From NCBI RefSeq assembly GCF_032054105.1, contig NZ_DAMBTK010000003.1: a DNA stretch of 64,000 nt. One strand, written 5' to 3'. Made by a program: the position numbers and the translations under genes. This DNA is from Epilithonimonas sp. Its GTDB lineage: Bacteria; Bacteroidota; Bacteroidia; Flavobacteriales; Weeksellaceae. Below the pieces are notes generated by a model, which saw only the letters and a program-made list of their open reading frames with translations, was not told the DNA's origin and ran no database searches. The first letter of the stretch is position 1. Every line of letters begins with the position of its first letter. Below are positions 56,703 to 64,000 of this stretch, one piece after another.

Positions 56703-57929
56703 TTATCGTAAAGCCTTGATTGATTTTCCCATTTCACCCGCAGTCTTGGCGGCAGATAATGCGATTGCCTTTCCTCCCGTTGCCGCAGAAGCCGCAGCGG
56801 TTTTACCCATGCTCATCACTTTGGCTGCCGCACTCTTTCCTTTGGTCATGATTCCCGCACCTCCCGCAGAAACGATGGAGTCTGCAATGGTCGGGGTCAT
56901 CAGTACGCCGATTCCCGTTACGATGTACGCGACGCAGGGGAAAAGTACAGTGTGAATCATCCCGTTATTAGAAATGTAGGCAGCGAGCATATTGAGGTCG
57001 GTCACGGTTCCGTTGTTCAAAAGCAGGTCGTAGCGTTCTATTTCAAGTTGATAGCCCGAGATAATCAGTTGCTGACCGATGTTGATAATGGTGTAGGAAA
57101 CGAAGGTGTAGAGATTGATGTTGATGAATTTCGCCACCCAATTTTGAAAGGAACTCTCAAATCCCGGAATCAGCGAAAGACCGACGGCGACAGGACCGAG
57201 CACAATCAACACATAACTCCAAATTTTTTGTATAAAGAAGATAAAGTAGGTACAGACCCGCAAAATCGTCAGCGAAACCGCCTCCAACACTTCCGAAATA
57301 AGTTTCTGAAATTGGAAATCCATCCTAATCATCCACTCCTGAATCGGCGTGAAAAGTTTGCTCATTCCCTCGATGATTCGGTCACCGAATCCTTTGTCCT
57401 CGTTGATTTGAAGTTCCTTCTGTTTGGCTTCCTCCTCGGCTTTCTGCTTAATCAGGAACTCCAACAATTGGGTCTGCTTTTCAAATCTTTTGACGCGGAT
57501 GTCGTTTGCCTGTTTTTCAATCGATAAAAAAATGTCCTTGGAAGGTTGCGCCAATTTCTGCAACGGATATTGAATCATTTGGTAGAAACTCACCCAATGC
57601 AGGAGAATCATCCCGATGATGATGGGTCTAATCATCGGCGTCACTTCCCAAGGTCTCGCGCCTTCCTGCATTTGGAATCCGAGGTATCCGAGATACATCA
57701 ACGCTCCCAAACCGCCGATGGTTCTTCCGAGCATACTCGCTGCAATCGCGTTGCTTTGGATGTCGGTGTCCAATTGAGTGAAGACCTCCATATACCATCG
57801 TTCAAATGCGCCGTCACCTTTCAGAAACTGCAATAAACTGTTGACGCTGTTGTTGGTCTGCGCAAATCCCATTACGGGAAGCAGGAGCGCCATAAGGCAA
57901 AGCACGTTTAAAATTGTTTTGCTATTCAT
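56703..57929 (-). CDS. traJ: Conjugative transposon protein TraJ-like (VirB6-analogous polytopic membrane protein)
   Basis: Multiple TM helices and an Ala/Gly-rich C-terminal tail, lying upstream of traK. Confidence 0.7.
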   Translation of the reverse strand: MNSKTILNVLCLMALLLPVMGFAQTNNSVNSLLQFLKGDGAFERWYMEVFTQLDTDIQSNAIAASMLGRTIGGLGALMYLGYLGFQMQEGARPWEVTPMIRPIIIGMILLHWVSFYQMIQYPLQKLAQPSKDIFLSIEKQANDIRVKRFEKQTQLLEFLIKQKAEEEAKQKELQINEDKGFGDRIIEGMSKLFTPIQEWMIRMDFQFQKLISEVLEAVSLTILRVCTYFIFFIQKIWSYVLIVLGPVAVGLSLIPGFESSFQNWVAKFININLYTFVSYTIINIGQQLIISGYQLEIERYDLLLNNGTVTDLNMLAAYISNNGMIHTVLFPCVAYIVTGIGVLMTPTIADSIVSAGGAGIMTKGKSAAAKVMSMGKTAAASAATGGKAIALSAAKTAGEMGKSIKALR

Positions 57930-57930
57930 C

Positions 57931-58770
57931 TTAAAATTGGTGTTTGTAGTGGTTCATCACTTCCTGTGCGATTTCCTTGTCGGTTTTGAAATTTTTCGTT
58001 CCGAATAGGTTTGTAGTATTTTTTAGGTCTTGAAGGATCTTGTGATAATCCATATACAGTCCGCCTTTTAGGTCGTGGCTTCGGATTTCGGACGAAAATT
58101 TTCGCCATCCGATCAAAGTTTCGTGGTACATCAGGAAGCGTTTCCCTCTCGGCATATCCACCGTTCTTGAAATATTGTACTTGTCTTTAAGCAAATCCAA
58201 TTTTTCTTTCAGGAGACTAATTCCACCCGTAGAAAGCAAAGTCTGATAGACTTCGGGTTTTTGAAATCCCCACTCCAAATAATTTTGAGGGTTGTCGGGA
58301 AATTCACGTAGCGGTTTCAGCATCCTGTTGTAGTAGAGCAACCAAAGCGGGTCTGCGCTGACTGTGGCTGAAGTCCAATGCGCAAAATCTTGAACGCTTC
58401 TTTTGTGGATGGTGTCGGTTTCCATCTTGATGCGTTCCGTCTCCTTTCTTTGCAGTTCGAGTTCGCCGAATCGTTGGGTTTCCAATCCTGTCGGTTTTAG
58501 CGGTCGGATATCGGGACCGTCTTTATAATCACGATTTCTAGACGGTGCCCACATTCCCCAAACCGTGGCGTAGGCAAAATTCGTCTGAATCCCTAGCAAA
58601 TATTTTGGATAGGGTCTCCAATCACCCCATCCCTCGAAGACCATCCTTTTCTGTTGTGCCACGATGGAAGGGTCGTTCAGTCGTTTGACTGTAAATTGTG
58701 CCTTCAGGTTTTCAGAGAAAATCAGTGCAATAAGGGCAATGAAGAAGGCGAAGTTTGTTTTAGTATTCAT
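57931..58770 (-). CDS. Secreted conjugation-operon protein of unknown function
   Basis: Signal peptide FAFFIALIALIFSENLKAQ; 279 aa. Confidence 0.5.
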   Translation of the reverse strand: MNTKTNFAFFIALIALIFSENLKAQFTVKRLNDPSIVAQQKRMVFEGWGDWRPYPKYLLGIQTNFAYATVWGMWAPSRNRDYKDGPDIRPLKPTGLETQRFGELELQRKETERIKMETDTIHKRSVQDFAHWTSATVSADPLWLLYYNRMLKPLREFPDNPQNYLEWGFQKPEVYQTLLSTGGISLLKEKLDLLKDKYNISRTVDMPRGKRFLMYHETLIGWRKFSSEIRSHDLKGGLYMDYHKILQDLKNTTNLFGTKNFKTDKEIAQEVMNHYKHQF

Positions 58771-58779
58771 AATGATTCA

Positions 58780-59451
58780 TTAAAAAAGGTTTCTGTATTT
58801 AGTGATGATGTCTTGAACCAAAATCCTGTCGAGATTGATATAGTCTTGCAGGACGGGAATCTGATAGAGGTAGGGTCTGTTTTTGGCGGTCTTCAGGATG
58901 ATATTGATGTACAAAATCCATCCGTCGATGGCTCTTGCGCGTGCCAACATTTTCTCGATAAGCAGGTCGCGGTCGTAGGCGTTCATCAGAAAATCCTTGT
59001 TCTCGTTCATAATGTCGGAAACCATTTCCTGCTTCAGCAGGATGGATTCCTGAATGATTTGGTTGTAGTATTTGGTCAGCAGAATGGCGTATTCGGAATT
59101 TTGTGCGCTGAGCTGCATCATTTCCTGAGAATGGGTGAGGATGTCGCCCAAATAATTATAGAAATACACGAGCTGTTTCCCGTTTTTGATGGCGGAATTG
59201 ATGTTGGCAAGTTTGTCGTAGATAAACTCGTGTATGGCGACCACCTGAATCATTTTTTTGTTCGCCTCCTCGTAGAGTTTTCTCTGCTTTTCATAGGAAT
59301 CGAGATAGGCCTGATTGCTCGCCAAACGGACACCCTGATTTTTGGTGAGCTGCGCTAATAGTTTGTCGTTGATGACGATGAAGCTTGTGCTTTGTGCATG
59401 AAACAAACAGAACCCCGAAAGAAGCAATGCCGTCAAAAGAATTTTTTTCAT
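58780..59451 (-). CDS. Secreted conjugation-operon protein, tandem paralogue 3
   Basis: Signal peptide. The C-terminus DYINLDRILVQDIITKYRNLF matches the two upstream paralogues. Confidence 0.55.
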   Translation of the reverse strand: MKKILLTALLLSGFCLFHAQSTSFIVINDKLLAQLTKNQGVRLASNQAYLDSYEKQRKLYEEANKKMIQVVAIHEFIYDKLANINSAIKNGKQLVYFYNYLGDILTHSQEMMQLSAQNSEYAILLTKYYNQIIQESILLKQEMVSDIMNENKDFLMNAYDRDLLIEKMLARARAIDGWILYINIILKTAKNRPYLYQIPVLQDYINLDRILVQDIITKYRNLF

Positions 59452-59453
59452 AT

Positions 59454-60140
59454 TTAAAAAGTGTTTATTCCGTTAATGATGCTCTGAACAACCTGTCGGT
59501 CTCGGTTGACATAGTATTGCAACAAAGCCTTCTTGTATTCGATTTTTCTTCGCAGTTCCCGAATCAGGAAAAGGGTATAGTAGGATTCGCTTTCTAGCCG
59601 GTTCACTTCCTCAAGGGCATAATCCAACAAAACTTTCCGTTCGGCTTTTTCCATTTGGTTGATGGCGCCGTAGGAAACCACGATGCCTGCCAAAAGTCTT
59701 ACCACCATCTGCAGGTCGTCTGCAAACTGAATCTGTCCCAGCAATGCTACGATGAGCGCATAAGGAGCGGTTTGCAGTTCCTCGATAATCAAAAGTTCGT
59801 TGTTTCGGATTCTTGCCGCTTCCTGAGTGATTGCGTAACCCGTGGGAATGGACTGCATCGCAAAATCAACGAAACGGAGCCGTTCCTGAATCTTCACGGT
59901 CGTTTCCCGAAGTTTTGTCCACTGCTTCTTGTTTTGGTTTTCGGTAGCGAGGTTCAGCGCCTGCTTGTTCTTCATCTCCTTTTGACGACCGTTTTCCTCC
60001 ATCGTATGGCGGATTTCCAAATTCATCATCGGAAAGGAGACATTTTCCTGCTGCCACGACGGCGTGGAACCGCCACTGCTAGAAGTCAGAAGCGAATGTG
60101 CCGCAATCAGCACCGCCGAAAGATAGAATTTGGCTTTCAT
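59454..60140 (-). CDS. Secreted conjugation-operon protein, tandem paralogue 2
   Basis: Signal peptide; C-terminus YYVNRDRQVVQSIINGINTF. Confidence 0.55.
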   Translation of the reverse strand: MKAKFYLSAVLIAAHSLLTSSSGGSTPSWQQENVSFPMMNLEIRHTMEENGRQKEMKNKQALNLATENQNKKQWTKLRETTVKIQERLRFVDFAMQSIPTGYAITQEAARIRNNELLIIEELQTAPYALIVALLGQIQFADDLQMVVRLLAGIVVSYGAINQMEKAERKVLLDYALEEVNRLESESYYTLFLIRELRRKIEYKKALLQYYVNRDRQVVQSIINGINTF

Positions 60141-60796
60141 CAGAAATTGTGCTTGTATTTAATCATGATATTTTCCACGATGGTCTTGTCGGTGTTGATG
60201 TAGCCCTGAAAAGGATTGATGGCTTTTAGAAAACCGAGGCGTTTGGCGCGTTCGATGTTCATCATGATGGTCAGGAGCCAAATCTTCAATGTTTTCACCT
60301 TTTCAGAGATGCTGAATAAAAGGCGGTAACGGTCTCCCGCAGTGGCGAGATTAAGTTCCCCCGACTTCAGCAATTCCGAAACATCGGTACTCATCGCAAG
60401 GACGCTCTCATAAGTTTCCTTGGTGGCTTTTACCCCGAAAATGGAGTATTCGGGCGCATCGCTCACCAATGTTGAAATCTGCGAGGAATAGGTGGCGCAA
60501 TCCTGTAAGTCGGAATAGATTTCCTTTACCTGAATACCGTTTTGCAGCGTCCCCGAAACTTCGCGAAGCCCTTTCAGAATCTTGTTCTGAATTTCGTTGG
60601 CAACGACCATTTGTGCACCCACCCAAGCTTGAGCCTGCTGCAGTTTGTTCTGTTGTTCGATTGTTTTTTGCTGTTGTGATTTTAAATTTTCTGAATAAAG
60701 AATCAGCGCAGCGGTCGTGGTCGGGTCGATGTAGGTATTTTGGGCGGAAAGGAATCCGACTCCAAAAAAGGCGGTCAAAATCTTAAACTTTTTCAT
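60140..60796 (-). CDS. Secreted conjugation-operon protein, tandem paralogue 1
   Basis: Signal peptide; C-terminus GYINTDKTIVENIMIKYKHNF. Confidence 0.55.
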   Translation of the reverse strand: MKKFKILTAFFGVGFLSAQNTYIDPTTTAALILYSENLKSQQQKTIEQQNKLQQAQAWVGAQMVVANEIQNKILKGLREVSGTLQNGIQVKEIYSDLQDCATYSSQISTLVSDAPEYSIFGVKATKETYESVLAMSTDVSELLKSGELNLATAGDRYRLLFSISEKVKTLKIWLLTIMMNIERAKRLGFLKAINPFQGYINTDKTIVENIMIKYKHNF

Positions 60797-63700
60797 GATG
60801 CAAATCGTTTTGTTGAATTATTTCTTCAAAAGTCAGTTCGGAATCCTCCATCATTTCGGTGATTTTCTTGAACACGTTCTGACCTTTGAACTGTGATTTC
60901 ATTTTTTGGTAAAAGGAGGTAGCCTTTTTGTCCAAAGGTTTTTTGTAGAGGTTCACGAGGGAAACCACATTTCCCAAATCGTTATTGAAAGCCTTCACAT
61001 CCTCTACAAACTTTTTGAGCGCCACGTCATAACTTCCGCTTTCCTTGGCGTAATATTCTATGGCGGACTTTTCGGGTTTCTCGGTGGTGTAGGTGAGATA
61101 TTGTTCAAGGGAAACCTCGTTTCCGTAGACTTCGCCTCTCGAACCCCGCTTCAGATAAAATTCCTTGAATCGGCTTCTTCCGAATTTGTTGTTCAGGTTG
61201 TTGATGGTAAAAATTTTGTTCTGTTCCACCTTGTTCAGCGAGAGTAGCGATGCGATTCGGTCAAAATTGTCCTTGAACTTGGTTTGGTCCAACAAAATGA
61301 AGGTGTCTGAATTATTGATAATGGAATCCTTTACCACTGTATTTCCGATGATGTCGTCCAATTCCTGCGTCACCACTACGGCTTCGCCCCAAAACTTTCT
61401 CACGGTTTTATAGAGATAAAGAATGTAGCCTCCCATCAGTTTTGAGACAATCGCCTTCCATGCTTCCTCGATAATCAGGGCTTTTCTTCGGTCTTTTCGC
61501 AACCTCATTTTCTGAATAAAGGTGTCCATGATGATGAGTGTCACGATGGGGAAGAGTTTCGGATTGTCCTTCACATTGTCGATTTCAAACACGATGAAAG
61601 GTTCGTCGAATAGAGTGTTATCGGCACTTTCGTTCAAAGTTGTTCCGTATCTGCCGCCTTTGTAGAAATCCTTCAGAACAAACAAGAAAGTTCGCAGGTT
61701 GAATTCCTTTTCACCAATCTTGTGCTTTTTATTGTTCAAAAAGACAGGAAGAAATTTCTCGCAGTATTCATAAAACCCATTAAAAGAAAGTTCTTTCACA
61801 GCGAGTTTTTCCTCAAGACCGACAATTTTTTTGATGAGCGTCTTTCGGTAGGCGTCATTCCATTCCTGCGAGGATTCGGGACGCTTTATAAGGTCTCTCG
61901 TTTTGGTCAGAACCAATTGCGACTCGTTGTAGGTTTTTCGTCTTTCCTCGTCAGTCAAAGTTTCATACGCTTCAAAAATTCGGTAGAACATCTCCCTGTC
62001 GTAATCGGGGTTTCCGATGTTGGAATCGGGATGGTAATAACGGATGAGTTTTCTTCCCGTTTCCTTAATTTCATTGGTCGAAGCATCAAATGGAAGTCCC
62101 AACAAATCGTAAAAAGTCTTGGCATCCTGAAAATCCTTTTCAAACTCCGACTCGATGTCCGCCTCGTCGATATTGTATTTTTTGAGGTAGAGCATCAGTT
62201 CGTCGGAATCCTTGTGTTCAAACCAATTGGTTCCCGCATTAAAATATTGGTGGTAATAAGACATCAGCACATTGTCCAAGATGGATTTTTGGGTATTGCT
62301 CATTGTTGCGTCCGCTCCCTGCCAAATCAAAAAAATGAGGTTGGTCAGAAACTCGATTTTCTCGATGTTGAATTCCTCCTTGTTCATCAGGAAAGGATTC
62401 ATCGTAATAGGTTTTTCCTCGGTGTACTGAATGTATCTTCCTCCTTTGTAACTGCACGTTCCGGAGTAGGAATCTCCTGTGTCCACGATAATCACGTCGT
62501 AATTGTAGGTGAGATACTGCTCCACAATATTGTTCATCAGGAAAGATTTCCCGCTTCCCGAAGGTCCCAAAACAAACTTGTTCCGATTGTTGATTCGTCC
62601 CGTCTTCATCGGTAAATCAGCGGGATCCACGCGAAGCGGAACACCCTGTCTGTCGGTAAATCTCAAATAAAAATTCGAATTTTCACTCACGGGGTAACTT
62701 TCTTTAAAAAAAAAACATAACGCAGCCTCGCTCGTCGTGGTAAATAAATCGTAGTCTTTCAGTTCGACCGCATTTCCGGGAAGGCAACATCGGAAGAGTT
62801 CCAATTGGTTAAAGGCGTTCTTGGAAATGTTGATGCCCTTGGTGAACAGTTTGCTCTCAATCAGCGACTGTGTTTCCTCCATTCTGTCGAGCGAGTCGGC
62901 GGAATAGACGATGGAGAAATGCGCGTCCACAATCAGTTGACCATCAACCGTCACATTGTGCAGGAGTTCGTCGATTTCGGCAGCGACAATCGCATTCGAC
63001 GGTGCGCTGTTTGCAACGCCTTCGTGCTTTTTCTTCTTCTTTTCCAAATCGCGCTGTCGTTGGGTTTGGATGGGAATCGAGATAATTTGGTTGTAGATGA
63101 TGGTGTTGTAGTCCTCCAACTCGTTGATGAAGGAGAAATTATCCACCGCCGTATCAGAAGAGGCGTTGTTTCCGCCCAAAAGCGAGTAGGGTTCAATTTC
63201 GGAGGGAAGTTCGATGCGTTCCACATCCACATAGGAAATGGTTTTCACAAACTGTTTTCCAATGCGCAGAAACTCGTTATTGGAGTAGATATTGTCGAAG
63301 ACTTGATTCTTAACGAAATTCATCGAGAGACTTCCACCGACATAATATTCAAAATCTTTCTCCCGTAAAAATTTCGGTTCGCAGTGGTATTGGGAGAGAA
63401 GCATAAAAATCTTCTGACAACGGTCGCGCAAGTCTTTGTAGTTTTTTTCCGAGAAGGAATACGAGGTCTTTTTTTTCTGTTGGTCGAGGATGTCGGTAAA
63501 GAGTAAAATAGTGTCAATACTCTTAAAGATTCTTCCCTCGAAATGTTCGGAATATTTTTGCTGCAGGAACTGATTGGACGGTTCTGCCGAATACTGCCTT
63601 TTGGAAAAAATGTCAAGTTTTTGGAGTAAATGTCCCTCTCCCAAAGTCGCCACGATTTGGTTCAAAAGCGTGTGGTATTGCAGGTATAGGTCGGGGTCGG

Positions 63701-63860
63701 CGGAATATTGCTCCACCATATTTTTGATTTTGATTCCTATGACGGGATTTCCGAACTTTCCGACCATCACGTCAAAATTCCAATCGTGTTTGCTGCCGTG
63801 GTCATAGCCGATGAACGGGATGTCCATTTCAATTTTTTTCTTTTTCATTGTTTTGCTCAT
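60783..63860 (-). CDS. traG: TraG-like conjugative transposon ATPase (VirB4 family) carrying an internal J-domain
   Basis: Walker A LGPSGSGKSF and Walker B ALIIEEAWK. Between them lies TFYDLLGLPFDASTNEIKETGRKLIRYYHPDSN...FYRIFEAYETLTDEERRKTYN. An alternative start at 63827 (MDIPFIGYD) lies just after the upstream gene's TGA. Confidence 0.85.
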   Translation of the reverse strand: MSKTMKKKKIEMDIPFIGYDHGSKHDWNFDVMVGKFGNPVIGIKIKNMVEQYSADPDLYLQYHTLLNQIVATLGEGHLLQKLDIFSKRQYSAEPSNQFLQQKYSEHFEGRIFKSIDTILLFTDILDQQKKKTSYSFSEKNYKDLRDRCQKIFMLLSQYHCEPKFLREKDFEYYVGGSLSMNFVKNQVFDNIYSNNEFLRIGKQFVKTISYVDVERIELPSEIEPYSLLGGNNASSDTAVDNFSFINELEDYNTIIYNQIISIPIQTQRQRDLEKKKKKHEGVANSAPSNAIVAAEIDELLHNVTVDGQLIVDAHFSIVYSADSLDRMEETQSLIESKLFTKGINISKNAFNQLELFRCCLPGNAVELKDYDLFTTTSEAALCFFFKESYPVSENSNFYLRFTDRQGVPLRVDPADLPMKTGRINNRNKFVLGPSGSGKSFLMNNIVEQYLTYNYDVIIVDTGDSYSGTCSYKGGRYIQYTEEKPITMNPFLMNKEEFNIEKIEFLTNLIFLIWQGADATMSNTQKSILDNVLMSYYHQYFNAGTNWFEHKDSDELMLYLKKYNIDEADIESEFEKDFQDAKTFYDLLGLPFDASTNEIKETGRKLIRYYHPDSNIGNPDYDREMFYRIFEAYETLTDEERRKTYNESQLVLTKTRDLIKRPESSQEWNDAYRKTLIKKIVGLEEKLAVKELSFNGFYEYCEKFLPVFLNNKKHKIGEKEFNLRTFLFVLKDFYKGGRYGTTLNESADNTLFDEPFIVFEIDNVKDNPKLFPIVTLIIMDTFIQKMRLRKDRRKALIIEEAWKAIVSKLMGGYILYLYKTVRKFWGEAVVVTQELDDIIGNTVVKDSIINNSDTFILLDQTKFKDNFDRIASLLSLNKVEQNKIFTINNLNNKFGRSRFKEFYLKRGSRGEVYGNEVSLEQYLTYTTEKPEKSAIEYYAKESGSYDVALKKFVEDVKAFNNDLGNVVSLVNLYKKPLDKKATSFYQKMKSQFKGQNVFKKITEMMEDSELTFEEIIQQNDLHHEKV

Positions 63861-64000
63861 TAAGGTTGAAGCGTTTTGGGAAAATGTGGATCTGCTCGTG
63901 GTTTTTGGTCTTGTTGTAGAGTCCTTTTCTGTCCTGAATTTTGTAAATCATATAGATTCCGCTTCCGGCGAGGATAAATCCCAGGACGGTTCCGAAAATC
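63829..64000 (-). CDS. TraF-like small membrane protein, 5' end outside window
   Basis: Hand translation of the minus strand gives ...IFGTVLGFILAGSGIYMIYKIQDRKGLYNKTKNHEQIHIFPKRFNLNEQNNEKEKN*. It contains a TM helix and sits directly upstream of traG. The supplied track does not list it because its start is outside the window. Confidence 0.5.
   Translation of the reverse strand, partial: IFGTVLGFILAGSGIYMIYKIQDRKGLYNKTKNHEQIHIFPKRFNLNEQNNEKEKN

Larger units (their letters stand above)
7950..64000. mobile_element. Integrative conjugative element (CTnDOT-like Bacteroidota ICE) inserted beside tRNA-Asp; right end beyond the window
   Basis: tRNA followed by a tyrosine integrase, RteC, excisionase-like HTH genes, a T4 coupling protein and traF/G/J/K/L/M/N homologues. 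Base composition differs from the flanking core genes. The exact left attachment site is not determined. Confidence 0.8.

Noticed and set aside
40543-63807. Many long ORFs antisense to, or out of frame with, the backbone genes. Examples: 42830-43321, 43105-43656, 45241-45804, 47658-48245, 48735-49388, 52483-53208, 53709-54479, 56952-57527, 58654-59358, 59655-60203, 61722-62615 and 62805-63368.
   Set aside because: They lie entirely inside much longer ORFs that carry clear family motifs. Their translations are low-complexity (R/G/F/L-rich) with no motifs. Their abundance only in this part of the window is what higher GC content produces by chance.
1-64000. CRISPR arrays, rRNA genes, IS elements or transposases, and restriction endonuclease partners for the fused methyltransferase.
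   Set aside because: No regularly spaced direct repeats, no rRNA-like conserved stretches and no DDE/transposase motifs were seen. No separate REase-like ORF lies next to the MTase fusion.

Overview
The window reads as a low-GC Flavobacteriia-type (Bacteroidota) chromosome, judged from TAnnTTTG promoter boxes, SusC/SusD, a GLPGLI protein and CTnDOT-style tra genes. Bases 1-7.8 kb are ordinary core genes: an S8 protease, two lipoproteins, a four-gene decaprenyl-phospho-arabinose-like module (UbiA-type phosphoribosyltransferase, DprE1-like, DprE2-like, HAD phosphatase), a cysteine desulfurase and trxA. A tRNA-Asp(GTC) at 7897-7970 is followed directly by a tyrosine integrase. Everything from there to the window end looks like one large integrative conjugative element (ICE) that runs off the right edge. 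The element is a mosaic. (i) A very AT-rich cargo block (~10.5-35.3 kb) carries a redoxin-fusion/SusC/SusD trio, two AraC-type regulators and two tandem GG-leader RiPP/bacteriocin loci. One locus has a radical SAM/SPASM maturase. The other has a 47-aa precursor absent from the ORF track, plus an HQxxH enzyme. Each locus has its own C39-peptidase ABC exporter. (ii) A visibly GC-richer backbone (~35.3-64 kb) carries RteC, excisionase-like HTH genes, a replication-like module, an 1878-aa Toprim-MTase-SNF2 fusion, a RadC/JAB protein, an M23 peptidase, a type IV coupling protein and traN-M-L-K-J...traG-traF. The most unusual observations are: a complete J-domain (HPD motif) embedded inside the VirB4-like TraG ATPase; an AT-rich single-gene islet encoding a CoiA-like nuclease with a long unknown C-terminal extension; the two ICE-borne RiPP loci; a ~100-nt rod-like GC-rich structured element next to the integrase/XRE module; and a conserved upstream DNA motif shared by four intergenic regions of the cargo. 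All calls come from reading motifs and hand-folding. No database search was run.
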